A stretch of DNA of 64,000 bases from an uncultured Poribacteria bacterium (GCA_958296135.2 CATQHZ020000001.1:1408001-1472000), one strand, 5' to 3'. Positions 39,119-48,876 are shown, numbered from the stretch's first letter. A program made the numbers and translations. Notes: generated from the letters alone by a model not told the origin.

Positions 39119-40432
39119 ATGCAAAAACCGAAAACCTATGACATCACTGTTATTGGCGGCGGGCCCGCTGGCAGCACTGTCGCCGCTCTCACCGCACAGC
39201 ACGGCTACCGGGTGCTGCTGCTTGAGCGGGAAACCGAACCTAGTTTTAAGGTGGGCGAATCCTTGATTCCGGCCACCTATTGGACGTTCAAGCGGCTCGG
39301 CGTGCTTGAAAAACTGCGGCAGAGTCATTTTCCACAGAAGTTCAGCGTGCAGTTCTATTCACGTTCCGGGAAAGCCGCCAAACCGTTTTATTTTTTCGAG
39401 ACGAACCCGCACGAAAGTGCTGTCACGTGGCAGGTGCTACGGAGTGAATTTGACCAGGTGCTTCTGGAGAATGCGGCGGAGAAAGGCGTAGAAGTCCGCC
39501 GCGGTGCCCGTGTGCGCGAGGTGATTTTTGATAATGATACAGCAGTGGGAGTTGTCGTTCAAAGTGCGCCGGAGAATAGAGGCACGCGACGGACAGGCCC
39601 TGGCACTACGGAAAAAGAGACGATTCGTTCCACTGTCGTCGTTGATTCCACCGGACAGAGTTCCCTCATCGGTAGACAGTTGGACATGAACGCGACGGAA
39701 CCGAATCTGAAGATGGCATCGCTTTTCACGCATTTTGAAGGCGCATACCGAGACGAAGGCATCGACGAGGGAGCGACGCTTATCATGCATACCGCGACGA
39801 AGGAGTCTTGGTTCTGGTCGATCCCGTTGCCCTACAATCGCACTAGCGTCGGTGTTGTCGGCGAATTGGACTATCTGCTCCAAACCCGAAGGGATGCTAA
39901 TGGCAAACTGGACGCGCAGAAAATCTTCGAGGAAGAGTTAGCGAAGTGTCCCGCCTTAAAATCGCGACTCGTCGGCGCAAAACAACTTTTCCCGGTCAAA
40001 ACGACGAAGGACTTCTCATATCGCGCAAACCGTATCGCCGGTAACGGCTGGGTTTTGGTAGGCGACGCATTCGGCTTCCTCGACCCGGTTTATTCAACGG
40101 GGCTCTTTTTGGCACTCAAATCTGGGGAGATGGCTGCCGACACTATCGTGGAAGCGTTCCAAAAGGACGACTTTTCCGAGGCGCAGCTGGGAAACTTCGG
40201 CCCGACGTTTGTCAAGGGGATGGAGGCGTTTCGGAAACTCATCTACGCGTTTTATACGAAGGACTTCAGTTTCGCGCGGTTCTTGTCCAAATACCCGGAG
40301 CATCAGGGCGGCATCATTGACATTCTGAGCGGCGATGTCTTTAGAAAAGATGTGACTCACATTTTCCCCGATATGGCGCGGATGTGTGCTTTGCCGGCAG
40401 AGGTGCCGCTGAGTTTCAATTCATCTCAATAA
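39119..40432 (+). CDS. Flavin-dependent oxidoreductase, putative halogenase
   Basis: GGGPAG, VGESL, Lys in FPQKFS, WFWSIP (WxWxIP), GDAFGFLDPVYSTG. Confidence 0.75.
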   Translation: MQKPKTYDITVIGGGPAGSTVAALTAQHGYRVLLLERETEPSFKVGESLIPATYWTFKRLGVLEKLRQSHFPQKFSVQFYSRSGKAAKPFYFFETNPHESAVTWQVLRSEFDQVLLENAAEKGVEVRRGARVREVIFDNDTAVGVVVQSAPENRGTRRTGPGTTEKETIRSTVVVDSTGQSSLIGRQLDMNATEPNLKMASLFTHFEGAYRDEGIDEGATLIMHTATKESWFWSIPLPYNRTSVGVVGELDYLLQTRRDANGKLDAQKIFEEELAKCPALKSRLVGAKQLFPVKTTKDFSYRANRIAGNGWVLVGDAFGFLDPVYSTGLFLALKSGEMAADTIVEAFQKDDFSEAQLGNFGPTFVKGMEAFRKLIYAFYTKDFSFARFLSKYPEHQGGIIDILSGDVFRKDVTHIFPDMARMCALPAEVPLSFNSSQ

Positions 40433-40611
40433 TTGTGGTGTATCGGGATGGGGAGGTGCGTCCTATGTGGATTCAGTTGTATCGGGACCGGGAGGTCCCT
40501 CCTACGTGGGTTCGATGGTGCGTATCGTCAATCCGCAATTGTGGTGTATCGGGATGGGGAGGTGCGTCCTATGTGGATTCAGCTGTATCGGGACCGGGAG
40601 GTCCCTCCTAC
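40431..40611. repeat. 75-bp direct repeat (106-bp period) with REP-B-like hairpins
   Basis: 40431-40505 and 40537-40611 differ at one base. Confidence 0.9.
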
Positions 40612-40645
40612 TGCAATTCCCCGTTTTTTTCGTTAGGAGAAATTC

Positions 40646-41677
40646 ATGAAAACGTTATCAATTATCGCATGTCGTTGGCAAGCCTATCTCGTGATTTGCC
40701 TTATCTGTGCTTTGAGCATCGGATTGGGGTGTGACGATGCCTCAAAACAAGGTGAGACTGTGCGTGAGACAGAGAAGGCGGTGCCGAAACGCCGCTTTAT
40801 CAGCATCGGCACTGCCCCGGTCGGCGGCGCGTTCTTCCCGGTCGGCACTGCGATTGCGGAGGTTGTCGGCAGCAATACTACAGAGAAAAATTGGGAAGTC
40901 ACCGCTGAAGCCACGAAAGGCACGCAAGAGAATATCCGCCGTCTTGCGACCGGCGATTTGGAATTCGCGCTTGCGAATGCTGCGATTTCCTATTTCGCTA
41001 TACGCGGCGAAGGCGCGTGGGAAAAACAACACAACATCCGCGCTGTCATGACGCTCGCGCCGAATGTCGGGCTGTTCATTACGCCACAGTCCTCTGGCAT
41101 CCGGACACTTGGTGCTCTGAAGGGGAAACGCGTCGTCGTCGGCCCCGCCGGTGCTGGCTTTGAGTATTTTTTGAAGCCGGTTTTGGCGGCGCACGGTATC
41201 ACTTATGAAGACTTTACGCCGATTAACAGCACTTACATGGGTGCGGTAGATTTGCTCGCCGATGGTTCCGCCGCCGCGGCGTTCATGGGCGGCGCGATTC
41301 CGACACCTGCAGTGATTCGCGCGGCCGCGGCGCAAGAGCTCTTTTTCATCCCGTTTGACGAGACAGCGAAAGTGACTCTCTTCAACGACTATCCCTTCTT
41401 TCACGCGATAAACGTTCCAGCGGGGACCTATTCGGGACAGACGGACCCGTTTCCGACGATGAACGTTGGCTCGATGCACCTCATCACGTCCGAGACTACC
41501 GATGAGGCCCTGGTCTACCAATTTACGAAGACGTTGTATACGAACGGCGCGGCGGTAGTCAAACGGCACGGCGCGGGCAAGGCGATTAATGCGAAGAACG
41601 TCGTCAAGGATACGGGCACGCCTTTCCATCCGGGTGCGATGCGTTTTTATCAGGAGAGTGGCATCTGGCCTAAATAA
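40646..41677 (+). CDS. TAXI-family TRAP transporter solute-binding lipoprotein
   Basis: Lipobox GLGC; IGTAPVGGAFF, TKGTQEN, LKGKRVVVG, PFHPGA.RFYQE. Confidence 0.9.
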   Translation: MKTLSIIACRWQAYLVICLICALSIGLGCDDASKQGETVRETEKAVPKRRFISIGTAPVGGAFFPVGTAIAEVVGSNTTEKNWEVTAEATKGTQENIRRLATGDLEFALANAAISYFAIRGEGAWEKQHNIRAVMTLAPNVGLFITPQSSGIRTLGALKGKRVVVGPAGAGFEYFLKPVLAAHGITYEDFTPINSTYMGAVDLLADGSAAAAFMGGAIPTPAVIRAAAAQELFFIPFDETAKVTLFNDYPFFHAINVPAGTYSGQTDPFPTMNVGSMHLITSETTDEALVYQFTKTLYTNGAAVVKRHGAGKAINAKNVVKDTGTPFHPGAMRFYQESGIWPK

Positions 41678-41748
41678 TACCAACATCTACCGATTTGTCA
41701 GGGCGGATTTCTATATCCGCCCGCTGCGCGCGACCGGGGGAGCATCGC

Positions 41749-43023
41749 ATGCGTTTCGTTGAAGGTATCGCCATTGGCATCAAGGCACTTTCGCTAAACA
41801 AACTGCGTTCGTTGCTGACGACGCTCGGCATTGTCATCGGCATCGCGGCGGTACTGGCGATGATAGCCATCGGCGATGGCGCGAAACAGATTATCATTCA
41901 AGATCTGGAGAAGATCGGCGGCATGAACACGTTCACCCTGTTACGCATCAATCGTAAGCGAGCGCGCGGTCGCTGGGTGACGTTCCATAGCCGGGAACAC
42001 TTTAACTATGGCGATGTCTTGGCTATTGCGGCAGAATGTCCATCGGTGAGCGTGGTCTCCCCGCGAATCCCGCAGTGGACGCGGGTGCTGATGCAGGCAC
42101 CGGATGGCACGCACACCCGTGCCGGCTATAACGGTGTGGATGCCACCTACACGGCAGCGATGGACTGGGACTTGCAAGCCGGCCGTTTTATCTCCGAGGA
42201 GGACGTTGAGAACGCCACGAAAGTCGCGGTGCTCGGCGCAAATGTCGCCGCTGAGTTGTTCGGCGCAGCGTCGCCGCTTGGAAAAGAGATTAAGATTTCG
42301 CGTGCCAGTGGGCAATACAGGCATCAGCGCGAGCGGTTCACGGTTATCGGCACGCTCGTGCCGCGCGGGCGGAGTTTAAAGTTCGGTTTTAGTTTCGATG
42401 ACTTGGCGTTTCTACCGGTGACCACGGTGCAGCAGCGGTTCACCGGCAACGACCGGATTCCGCAGATTGCGGTGCAGGCGCACACCGTAGCGGATATGCC
42501 CAAGGCGATCGAGGAGGTAAAAACTGTTGTCCAAAAGCGGCACAGAAACGAAGAATTCTTCGGCACTTTTGACGTGCGCGGCGGTGTGCGACAGTTGTCA
42601 AAAATCAGCACTATTATTAAACTTGCGTTAGGGAGCATCGCGGGGTTTTCGCTCCTCGTTGGTGGTATCGGCATTATGAACATGATGCTGGTAGCTGTTG
42701 GGGAGCGGACGCGCGAAATCGGGTTGCGCAAGGCACTCGGCGCGAAACGTTCAGATATTCTGTTGCAATTTTTGAGTGAAGCTGTTATGATGTGTGGTGT
42801 TGGCGGCGTGCTTGGGGTTGGGTGCGGCTTTGTTTTCAGTAAGGCGATGGCGCATCTCGCGGTGCGAATTGTGGAGATAGTGCCCGAGTGGCCAGCGGTT
42901 CTCTCACTGCAGTGGGTGCTGATTTCGGTCTCCTTTTCAGCGTTGCTCGGCATTTGCTTTGGGGTGTATCCGGCGATAAAAGCGATGCGGCTTTCACCTA
43001 TTGAGGCGTTGCGCGCCGAATGA
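41749..43023 (+). CDS. MacB/FtsX-like ABC transporter permease
   Basis: Motifs NKLRSLLT.LGIVIGI, VGGIGIMN.ML..V.ERTREIGLRKALGA, PIEALR.E. Confidence 0.92.
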   Translation: MRFVEGIAIGIKALSLNKLRSLLTTLGIVIGIAAVLAMIAIGDGAKQIIIQDLEKIGGMNTFTLLRINRKRARGRWVTFHSREHFNYGDVLAIAAECPSVSVVSPRIPQWTRVLMQAPDGTHTRAGYNGVDATYTAAMDWDLQAGRFISEEDVENATKVAVLGANVAAELFGAASPLGKEIKISRASGQYRHQRERFTVIGTLVPRGRSLKFGFSFDDLAFLPVTTVQQRFTGNDRIPQIAVQAHTVADMPKAIEEVKTVVQKRHRNEEFFGTFDVRGGVRQLSKISTIIKLALGSIAGFSLLVGGIGIMNMMLVAVGERTREIGLRKALGAKRSDILLQFLSEAVMMCGVGGVLGVGCGFVFSKAMAHLAVRIVEIVPEWPAVLSLQWVLISVSFSALLGICFGVYPAIKAMRLSPIEALRAE

Positions 43024-43062
43024 AGAGAAAAATCGCGAAAAAATCATTTTTTGAATAAAAAC

Positions 43063-43091
43063 TTGACAAATGGGTTAAAATGTGGTATCAT
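43063..43091 (+). promoter_or_regulatory. tRNA operon promoter
   Basis: TTGACA-17 bp-TATCAT with TGn extension and AT-rich upstream region. Confidence 0.75.
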
Positions 43092-43103
43092 ATATAATGC
43101 CAC

Positions 43104-43176
43104 GCCGAGATAGCTCAGTCGGTAGAGCAGTGGACTGAAAATCCACGTGTCGGCAGTTCGATTCTGCCTCTCGGCA
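43104..43176 (+). tRNA. tRNA-Phe(GAA)
   Basis: Acceptor stem GCCGAGA/TCTCGGC, D arm AGCTCAGTCGGTAGAGC, anticodon arm GTGGA-CTGAAAA-TCCAC, T loop TTCGATT. CCA not encoded. Confidence 0.97.
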
Positions 43177-43182
43177 TTTTTC

Positions 43183-43254
43183 GCCGGTGTAGCTCAGTGG
43201 AAGAGCAACTGATTCGTAATCAGTAGGTCGGAGGTTCAAATCCTCTCATCGGCT
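43183..43254 (+). tRNA. tRNA-Thr(CGT)
   Basis: Acceptor stem GCCGGTG/CATCGGC, anticodon arm ACTGA-TTCGTAA-TCAGT, T loop TTCAAAT. CCA not encoded; T-run follows. Confidence 0.96.
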
Positions 43255-43445
43255 TTTTCTTTTTTATTCGCCTCAAACAACGAATAGTGCTTTGTCCAAA
43301 TCGAAATCTCCGGGACAGGATTTTCCCTTTCGCGGAAAACCGGGTCAAGTTCAGGCGAGCTGGTTTCCTTACACGGCCGGGGGATAACCTGAAAAATCAA
43401 ACCGAATACTGCAGGAGCAGCCGGTGGAGAAAAAGAGGTAAAAAA

Positions 43446-43763
43446 ATGGATTTATTCAAACGTGGTAAGGTTCACAACGGCACTCTTGTCTTCTCAAAAC
43501 CTTTGTCCCTCCCGGAAGGTGCCGAAGTGATTGTGCGCGTAATCCCTGTTGGAAATGGCGACGAGTGCACAACGGCCGATGCGTCCGAGGAATTGACTGC
43601 TGTCTCTATCGGGCAAGACGAAACGTCCGAGGATGAACAGGAAGACCTGCTGTCTCTGCCTTTCTTTGGTATGTGGGCAGACCGGGAGGATATGCAGGAC
43701 AGTGTTGCCTGGGTGCGGAGGCAGAGAAGCGGATGGAATCATCGCCACAAGCGCGAAGCATAG
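43446..43763 (+). CDS. Putative antitoxin (VapB/DUF104-like)
   Basis: GKVHNG....KPLSLPEG.EV and C-terminal FFGMWADREDM.DSV.WVR; overlaps the PIN gene. Confidence 0.7.
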   Translation: MDLFKRGKVHNGTLVFSKPLSLPEGAEVIVRVIPVGNGDECTTADASEELTAVSIGQDETSEDEQEDLLSLPFFGMWADREDMQDSVAWVRRQRSGWNHRHKREA

Positions 43764-44131
43764 TTGATACCGATATTCTTATCGATGCTACAAAGCGGCG
43801 CGTAGATGCCACCACCTTTTTGGCAGGACAACAGGGAGCGGAGATCCAGATTAGCATTGTTTCTGCAATGGAAGTCGTCACCGGTTGTCGCGATAAAGCT
43901 GAGTTGGTTCAGACACAGAAGTTCCTTCAACGTTGCACCATTTTGCCGGTAAGTGAGACTGCTTCGCAAATTGGCTATCAACTCGTTGAATTGTTCGCGC
44001 TCAGCCATGGGATGGAGATTGCAGACGCGCTTATTGCGGCAACGGCTTTGGAGCGGGAATTGACGCTCTACTCCAAGAATATTCGTCACTTTCGGATGAT
44101 TCCGGAATTAACGGTAATTCGGCCTTACTGA
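43733..44131 (+). CDS. vapC: PIN-domain toxin VapC
   Basis: Motifs IVDTDILID, SAMEV..G, DALIAATA, SKN.RHF. Confidence 0.9.
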   Translation: MESSPQARSIVDTDILIDATKRRVDATTFLAGQQGAEIQISIVSAMEVVTGCRDKAELVQTQKFLQRCTILPVSETASQIGYQLVELFALSHGMEIADALIAATALERELTLYSKNIRHFRMIPELTVIRPY

Positions 44132-44201
44132 ATTAACCAGAAAAGATGAGTTTAGGGCGGATATAGCAATCCGCCCTTACGATTAAATGGCCGGGATTGC
44201 C

Positions 44202-45706
44202 TCAAAAATAGGTCTGCTCCCCGCTGTAGTGCCGCGCTGCTTTCGGCCGTTCGTCGATTTGCCACGGTAAATTGACTGGCACCGTGCCTTCCTCGAAGTA
44301 GTTGTCCGTTACTTGCCAGAACTGCAAGCGCGGATAGCGTTTCCCGTTATGCTCAATAAAGCCTTCCTCTTCCGCGAGGTTGCGCATGCCTCGCGTGACT
44401 TCGTGCAAGGTGATGAAAATGCCTATCGCCGCGTCGTTGTCTCGCATCGCTGTGCGGAAGGCGCGCACCTGATTCGGAGTCAGACTCCTCCCCGATTTTA
44501 CTTCGGCGATGACGGGCAGTTTCGTCTGTGCTGTCTCGGCGAGGTGCCTGTTTTCCCATAGCGTAATCTTCCCCGTGCCATCAAACCCGCCATCCTTGCT
44601 GTTCGGGGTGGGCGCGAGCCCTAATCGGGTGACAGCCCAGTTTGCAAAGTCGTTCGGGTTTCGCTCGGCGAGGAGAAGCGCGTCCTGATGCGTTGTCGGA
44701 TACCCCTCAATACGATAGTCCATTTTAGGGACAAGCCCGTGTCGTTCGCGCAGCCGCCGCTCCATCGGTTCTAACGCGAGCACCGTCAGATCGATGCCTA
44801 CCCAACGCCGTTTGAGTCCATGCGCGGCATCTAACGCTGTGCCGCAGCCACAAAACGGATCGAAGACGATGTCGCCGGGGTTGGAGGCGGCTTTGATGAT
44901 ACGCTCCAACAATTTCAGCGGTTTCTGCGTCGGGTAACCGAGAGATTCTTTGGAATTCCGCTTGATAATTGGAAGTTTCCAAACATCCTCTGGGATTTTT
45001 CCGACCTTTGCCGATTTGCCACCGACATAACTTTTTCCGCCGATGACTCTCGCGCTTTTGTAGCGTTCTTTAGAGGCTGCCAGAATAGGAACGCGAACCT
45101 CCTCGGAATTAAACGTCCACTCTTTTGGGGATTTTGTATACCATAGAATGACATCGTGCTTCCGGGGAAACCATCTCGTTGCGCGCCCCGGGGCATCATC
45201 ATAAAACCAGACAATTTCGTTCCGGAAATTCGCCGTGCCGAAAATCGCGTCCATCATGCACTTCAGGTAATGACTCGCGTGCGGGTCGCAGTGTAGAAAA
45301 ACGCTCCCCATCGGTGTCAGCAACCGCCAGATCTCTGCCAACCGCGGTGCCATGAATGCCAAATAGGCGCGCATCGATTCTTCTACCTTACTGCCCCCCC
45401 CCTTAACCAATAGTTAAATCCTGACAAGCAATCTGATAAATTGTCCATGGTTTCAACGAGTTCGGGGTGCCGTCCATCGTAGTGAAGGACGGCGGCTTGG
45501 TTTTCGCGCGCGGCATCGTCCCATCGCCAGATGTCGTCAAACGCTTTGCGTTGCGCTTTGGATCCGATGAGGAAGATGTTATAGTTGCGGCCGCTGTTGT
45601 AAGGCGGATCGAGGTAACATATATGGTAACTACCCGTTTGCATCTCTCGCATGACGTTGAGGTTGTCGCCAAAATAGAGTGCGCCGGGGTAGGGTTGTAG
45701 TGTCAT
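44202..45706 (-). pseudogene. DNA methyltransferase (N6A/N4C, beta order) with Mrr-like C-terminal domain, frameshifted at a G9 tract
   Basis: ORF 45383-45706 has LYFGDNL and YLDPPYNS. ORF 44202-45410 has GYPTQKP and DPFCGCGT, then DGGFDG...AEVK. The frames switch at C9, 45394-45402 (+ strand). Confidence 0.88.
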
Positions 45707-45714
45707 GAGGGCTC

Positions 45715-46779
45715 CTATTCTAATTCGTTCCCCAGGTCTTCTTCAAGCGATTTGATATTCGCCAAGACTGTGGGGTGCGGTTCAAGTTCATAGACTTTTC
45801 GGTACATTTTGAGTGCGTTTGCCGTATCGTCAAGGAAACCGGCATAGATTTCGCCCATCCGTTCCCAGGCGCGGACTTCGCCCGGGTCGAGTTGCACAAT
45901 TCGTTCGTAGACTTCAAGTGCGTCGGCGTAGGGGCGTGTTTCCGCCTCGCGTTCGAGTCCGGCGGCGCGGGCGAAGAGCAGCCGAATCAGGTCATCGCTG
46001 ATTTCGTTGAGTTCCGGATGCTTTGCATAAGCCTCTTCCAAGAGGAGGATAGCTTGCGATTCAAGCCGTGTAATCTCCGCCATATCTTCACTAGTGAACT
46101 CCCGGTCAAGGAATTGGTAGTTTTGAAGCATTCGGCTATAGGTTCGGGACAGTTGCAGTCGGGCGAGAATTCCGATGGGTGCTTTTTCGGATGGGATTTC
46201 CTGCATCCTCGGGTCGCTTTCAATTGCCTTTGCGTAGTGCGCGGTCGCCTCCTGAAACTGCTTGCTTGCCTGATAAAGGACTCCAAGCAGGTAGTGTGCT
46301 TCTGCGTTATCGGGATTTTTCTTCAGTACTGCCAAGAATTGCTGGGCGGCTTCGGCGGGCAGGCCTTCGTCTCGATAGAGTTTGCCGCGTAAGAGCCGCA
46401 CGCCTTCATGCTCGGAGTCGAGGCGTTCGGCGTATTCCAAGCGTGCCTTCGCGTCCTTCAGCCAGTTGCTTTGTGAGTAGATTCCGGCGATGCGGAGATT
46501 TGCGTGTACGCGGGTAGCGATGTTCTCTGGATGTGCGTCGTCTTCGAGTACCTGAAGTGCCTGCCAATAGAGGAGGGCTGCGCCAACCATGTCGTGCTGC
46601 TCAAAGCGTGCGTCTGCGTTCTCAATGAGGGTTTCAACTTGAGAAATCGGTGACGATTCCGGTTCGGCACCGCCTCTGCGGATGAGCAGTGCGGCTAACA
46701 CGACAAAGGCGATGATTGCGAGCCCTTCTGCATAGAAAAGCCAGCGGTGCAGCCGGCGCGGTGAAAGTGATTGGATCAT
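45715..46779 (-). CDS. Membrane-anchored TPR protein
   Basis: N-terminal TM helix; AEAHYLLG and AWERMGEIY TPR-like repeats. Confidence 0.8.
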   Translation of the reverse strand: MIQSLSPRRLHRWLFYAEGLAIIAFVVLAALLIRRGGAEPESSPISQVETLIENADARFEQHDMVGAALLYWQALQVLEDDAHPENIATRVHANLRIAGIYSQSNWLKDAKARLEYAERLDSEHEGVRLLRGKLYRDEGLPAEAAQQFLAVLKKNPDNAEAHYLLGVLYQASKQFQEATAHYAKAIESDPRMQEIPSEKAPIGILARLQLSRTYSRMLQNYQFLDREFTSEDMAEITRLESQAILLLEEAYAKHPELNEISDDLIRLLFARAAGLEREAETRPYADALEVYERIVQLDPGEVRAWERMGEIYAGFLDDTANALKMYRKVYELEPHPTVLANIKSLEEDLGNELE

Positions 46780-47037
46780 GTGAGTCTGTTTACCTCCAGA
46801 GTGATTCTGTTTTCCCTTTCTGTTGTTTGAGAGCGTCTGAAGTTCTGGAAACCTCTAGGTTTCCAAGCGTTCTCAACCAGATTAAAAGATCTGATGAGGT
46901 TTCAAGAAAGAAACGGAGAATTCCGGGGCAGCGGAACCCCAGTAGGAGAGACCTCCCGGTCTCGATGCGCACCCTATCGGGACGCGGTTGCCCATTTTTA
47001 TTTTGGCAGCGAGAACCGAAAACGAAATGGCTCTGCT

Positions 47038-48876
47038 TTACCTCCGCTGTTCGATTTCCTCAAGGATAGTGAGCATTTCCTCCGGTCCGACGAACCCGGT
47101 GAGTCGCTTGAGGATAGTGCCTTCTGCATCCATGAAAATGACAACGGGCAATCCGGGAATCTGATACTTTTCGGTCAGTGCCTTTGTCGTTGGGGAGCTG
47201 CGGGTGAAATCGAGTTTAACGTTGACGTAGTTGTCAAGTTTGGCCGCGACCTTCGGTTCTGCGTAGGTTTTGTGGTCCAACTCGTTGCAGGCGGCGCACC
47301 AAGAGGCGTAAAAGTCAAGCATCAGCAATTTGTCCTCGCGCTTGGCAATTTCCAGTCCTGCGGTTTCGTTGTTTACCCAATCAAGTTGCGGTCCCGCGGG
47401 TTGCTGCAGTCCGCCGACAACCATATACGCGCCTAGGACAGTGAGCAACACGCCGCAGGCTTTTCGGAATTGCATAGGGCGCGGGATGCTATTGAAACGT
47501 TCATTCAACTTGCTCAGCCAGAGTCCGCCGATGATGAGTCCGCCGGCAATTGCAAAGAATTGTGGTGAATTTTGCAGGAACGCTTGGAACGGTTCTACGA
47601 CATCTTTGAGGAAGTAGAGTGCCAGTGTGATAATTGCGATGCCGAAAATGTTTTCCAGCACATACATCCATCCGCCGGAACGTGGTAGTGCGGAGAGTAG
47701 CCCGGAAAAAGTGCCGATACCGATAAATAGCAACCCCATGCCGAGTGCATAGGTGAACATCAGCCAAAATCCGAGGAAGAGGCTCCCCGTTGTCGCGATG
47801 TAGGTTAGAACGACAGCGAGGGCAGGGCCCGTGCAAGGCGCGGCGATGACACCGGCGACGGTGCCCATGGCGAACGCGCCGGCGAATCCGGCACCGCCGA
47901 CGGTGTTGAGGCGATTCTGGAGCGCATACGGCACGCGGATTTCAAAAACGCCGAGCATAGACAGCCCAAGCGAAACGAGAATTAGGCTGATAAACCCGAC
48001 AACCCACGGGTTCGCCATAATCTGACCGAAGACTGCACCCGTTGATGCTACAGCAACGCCTAATATTGAATAGGTAACGACGATTCCGAGCACATAGACG
48101 ACAGAAAGCAGCAGAGATTTGAGGAAACCGGCGGACTCATTCGCGCCGAAAATGGAGACGGTTATCGGGATGAGTGGATAAACGCACGGTGTCAAACTGG
48201 TAAGGATGCCGCCGACGAACACAATCAAGAACGCGAGCCAGAGTTGTCCACCGGAGATGGCACGCGCGAGTGCCCCTTCATCTTCGCCTGATTTGGATGG
48301 AGCATCGAATACGATGTTCGCGAAAATCGCATCGTTTATCGGTTGAACGGTTTCCTCCATGCCGACAACCGTGAGCGGTATCGCGATGGAGAGTTCTTTA
48401 GGTAACAGGCATACGGCATCGTTACACGCCTGATAGCGCAGTTTGAGCCCCAACGTCATCGGTTGAATGGGTGCGGTTTGGAGCAAATCTGCGTGAATTC
48501 CGATGGTGATAGTGTCGTGATAAAGCGGCACAATCCCCAGCGAGGCGAGGTTCATCACCTCACCGTCGGGATAGACAACTTCACCGAAGGTGACGTTCGG
48601 CGTGTTCTCTGGCAGGAGCACCTCTGTCGCGATAAGATTCTCGCCGGCAGGGTTGGCGTTGATGTGCCACTCTTCGTCAATTTCCACGACGATGGCGATT
48701 TGGAATTGACTGCCGGGGTGCACTTTGTCTACCGAGAGGTATCCGTCCGCTCGGATTTTAGACTCAGGTGCGGTTCCGGTGAGACTAAAATCTCCGAGTT
48801 GTCCCCAGGCGTTGAACGAAATAGCCGTGGCGAGCATCATGAACAGCATCAAACTCCGATGTGTCGGCATTCTCAT
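47038..48876 (-). CDS. dsbD: Thiol:disulfide interchange protein DsbD
   Basis: N-domain YQACNDAVC; TM domain TPCVYP and AAPCTGP; thioredoxin DFYASWCAAC. Confidence 0.9.
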   Translation of the reverse strand: MRMPTHRSLMLFMMLATAISFNAWGQLGDFSLTGTAPESKIRADGYLSVDKVHPGSQFQIAIVVEIDEEWHINANPAGENLIATEVLLPENTPNVTFGEVVYPDGEVMNLASLGIVPLYHDTITIGIHADLLQTAPIQPMTLGLKLRYQACNDAVCLLPKELSIAIPLTVVGMEETVQPINDAIFANIVFDAPSKSGEDEGALARAISGGQLWLAFLIVFVGGILTSLTPCVYPLIPITVSIFGANESAGFLKSLLLSVVYVLGIVVTYSILGVAVASTGAVFGQIMANPWVVGFISLILVSLGLSMLGVFEIRVPYALQNRLNTVGGAGFAGAFAMGTVAGVIAAPCTGPALAVVLTYIATTGSLFLGFWLMFTYALGMGLLFIGIGTFSGLLSALPRSGGWMYVLENIFGIAIITLALYFLKDVVEPFQAFLQNSPQFFAIAGGLIIGGLWLSKLNERFNSIPRPMQFRKACGVLLTVLGAYMVVGGLQQPAGPQLDWVNNETAGLEIAKREDKLLMLDFYASWCAACNELDHKTYAEPKVAAKLDNYVNVKLDFTRSSPTTKALTEKYQIPGLPVVIFMDAEGTILKRLTGFVGPEEMLTILEEIEQRR

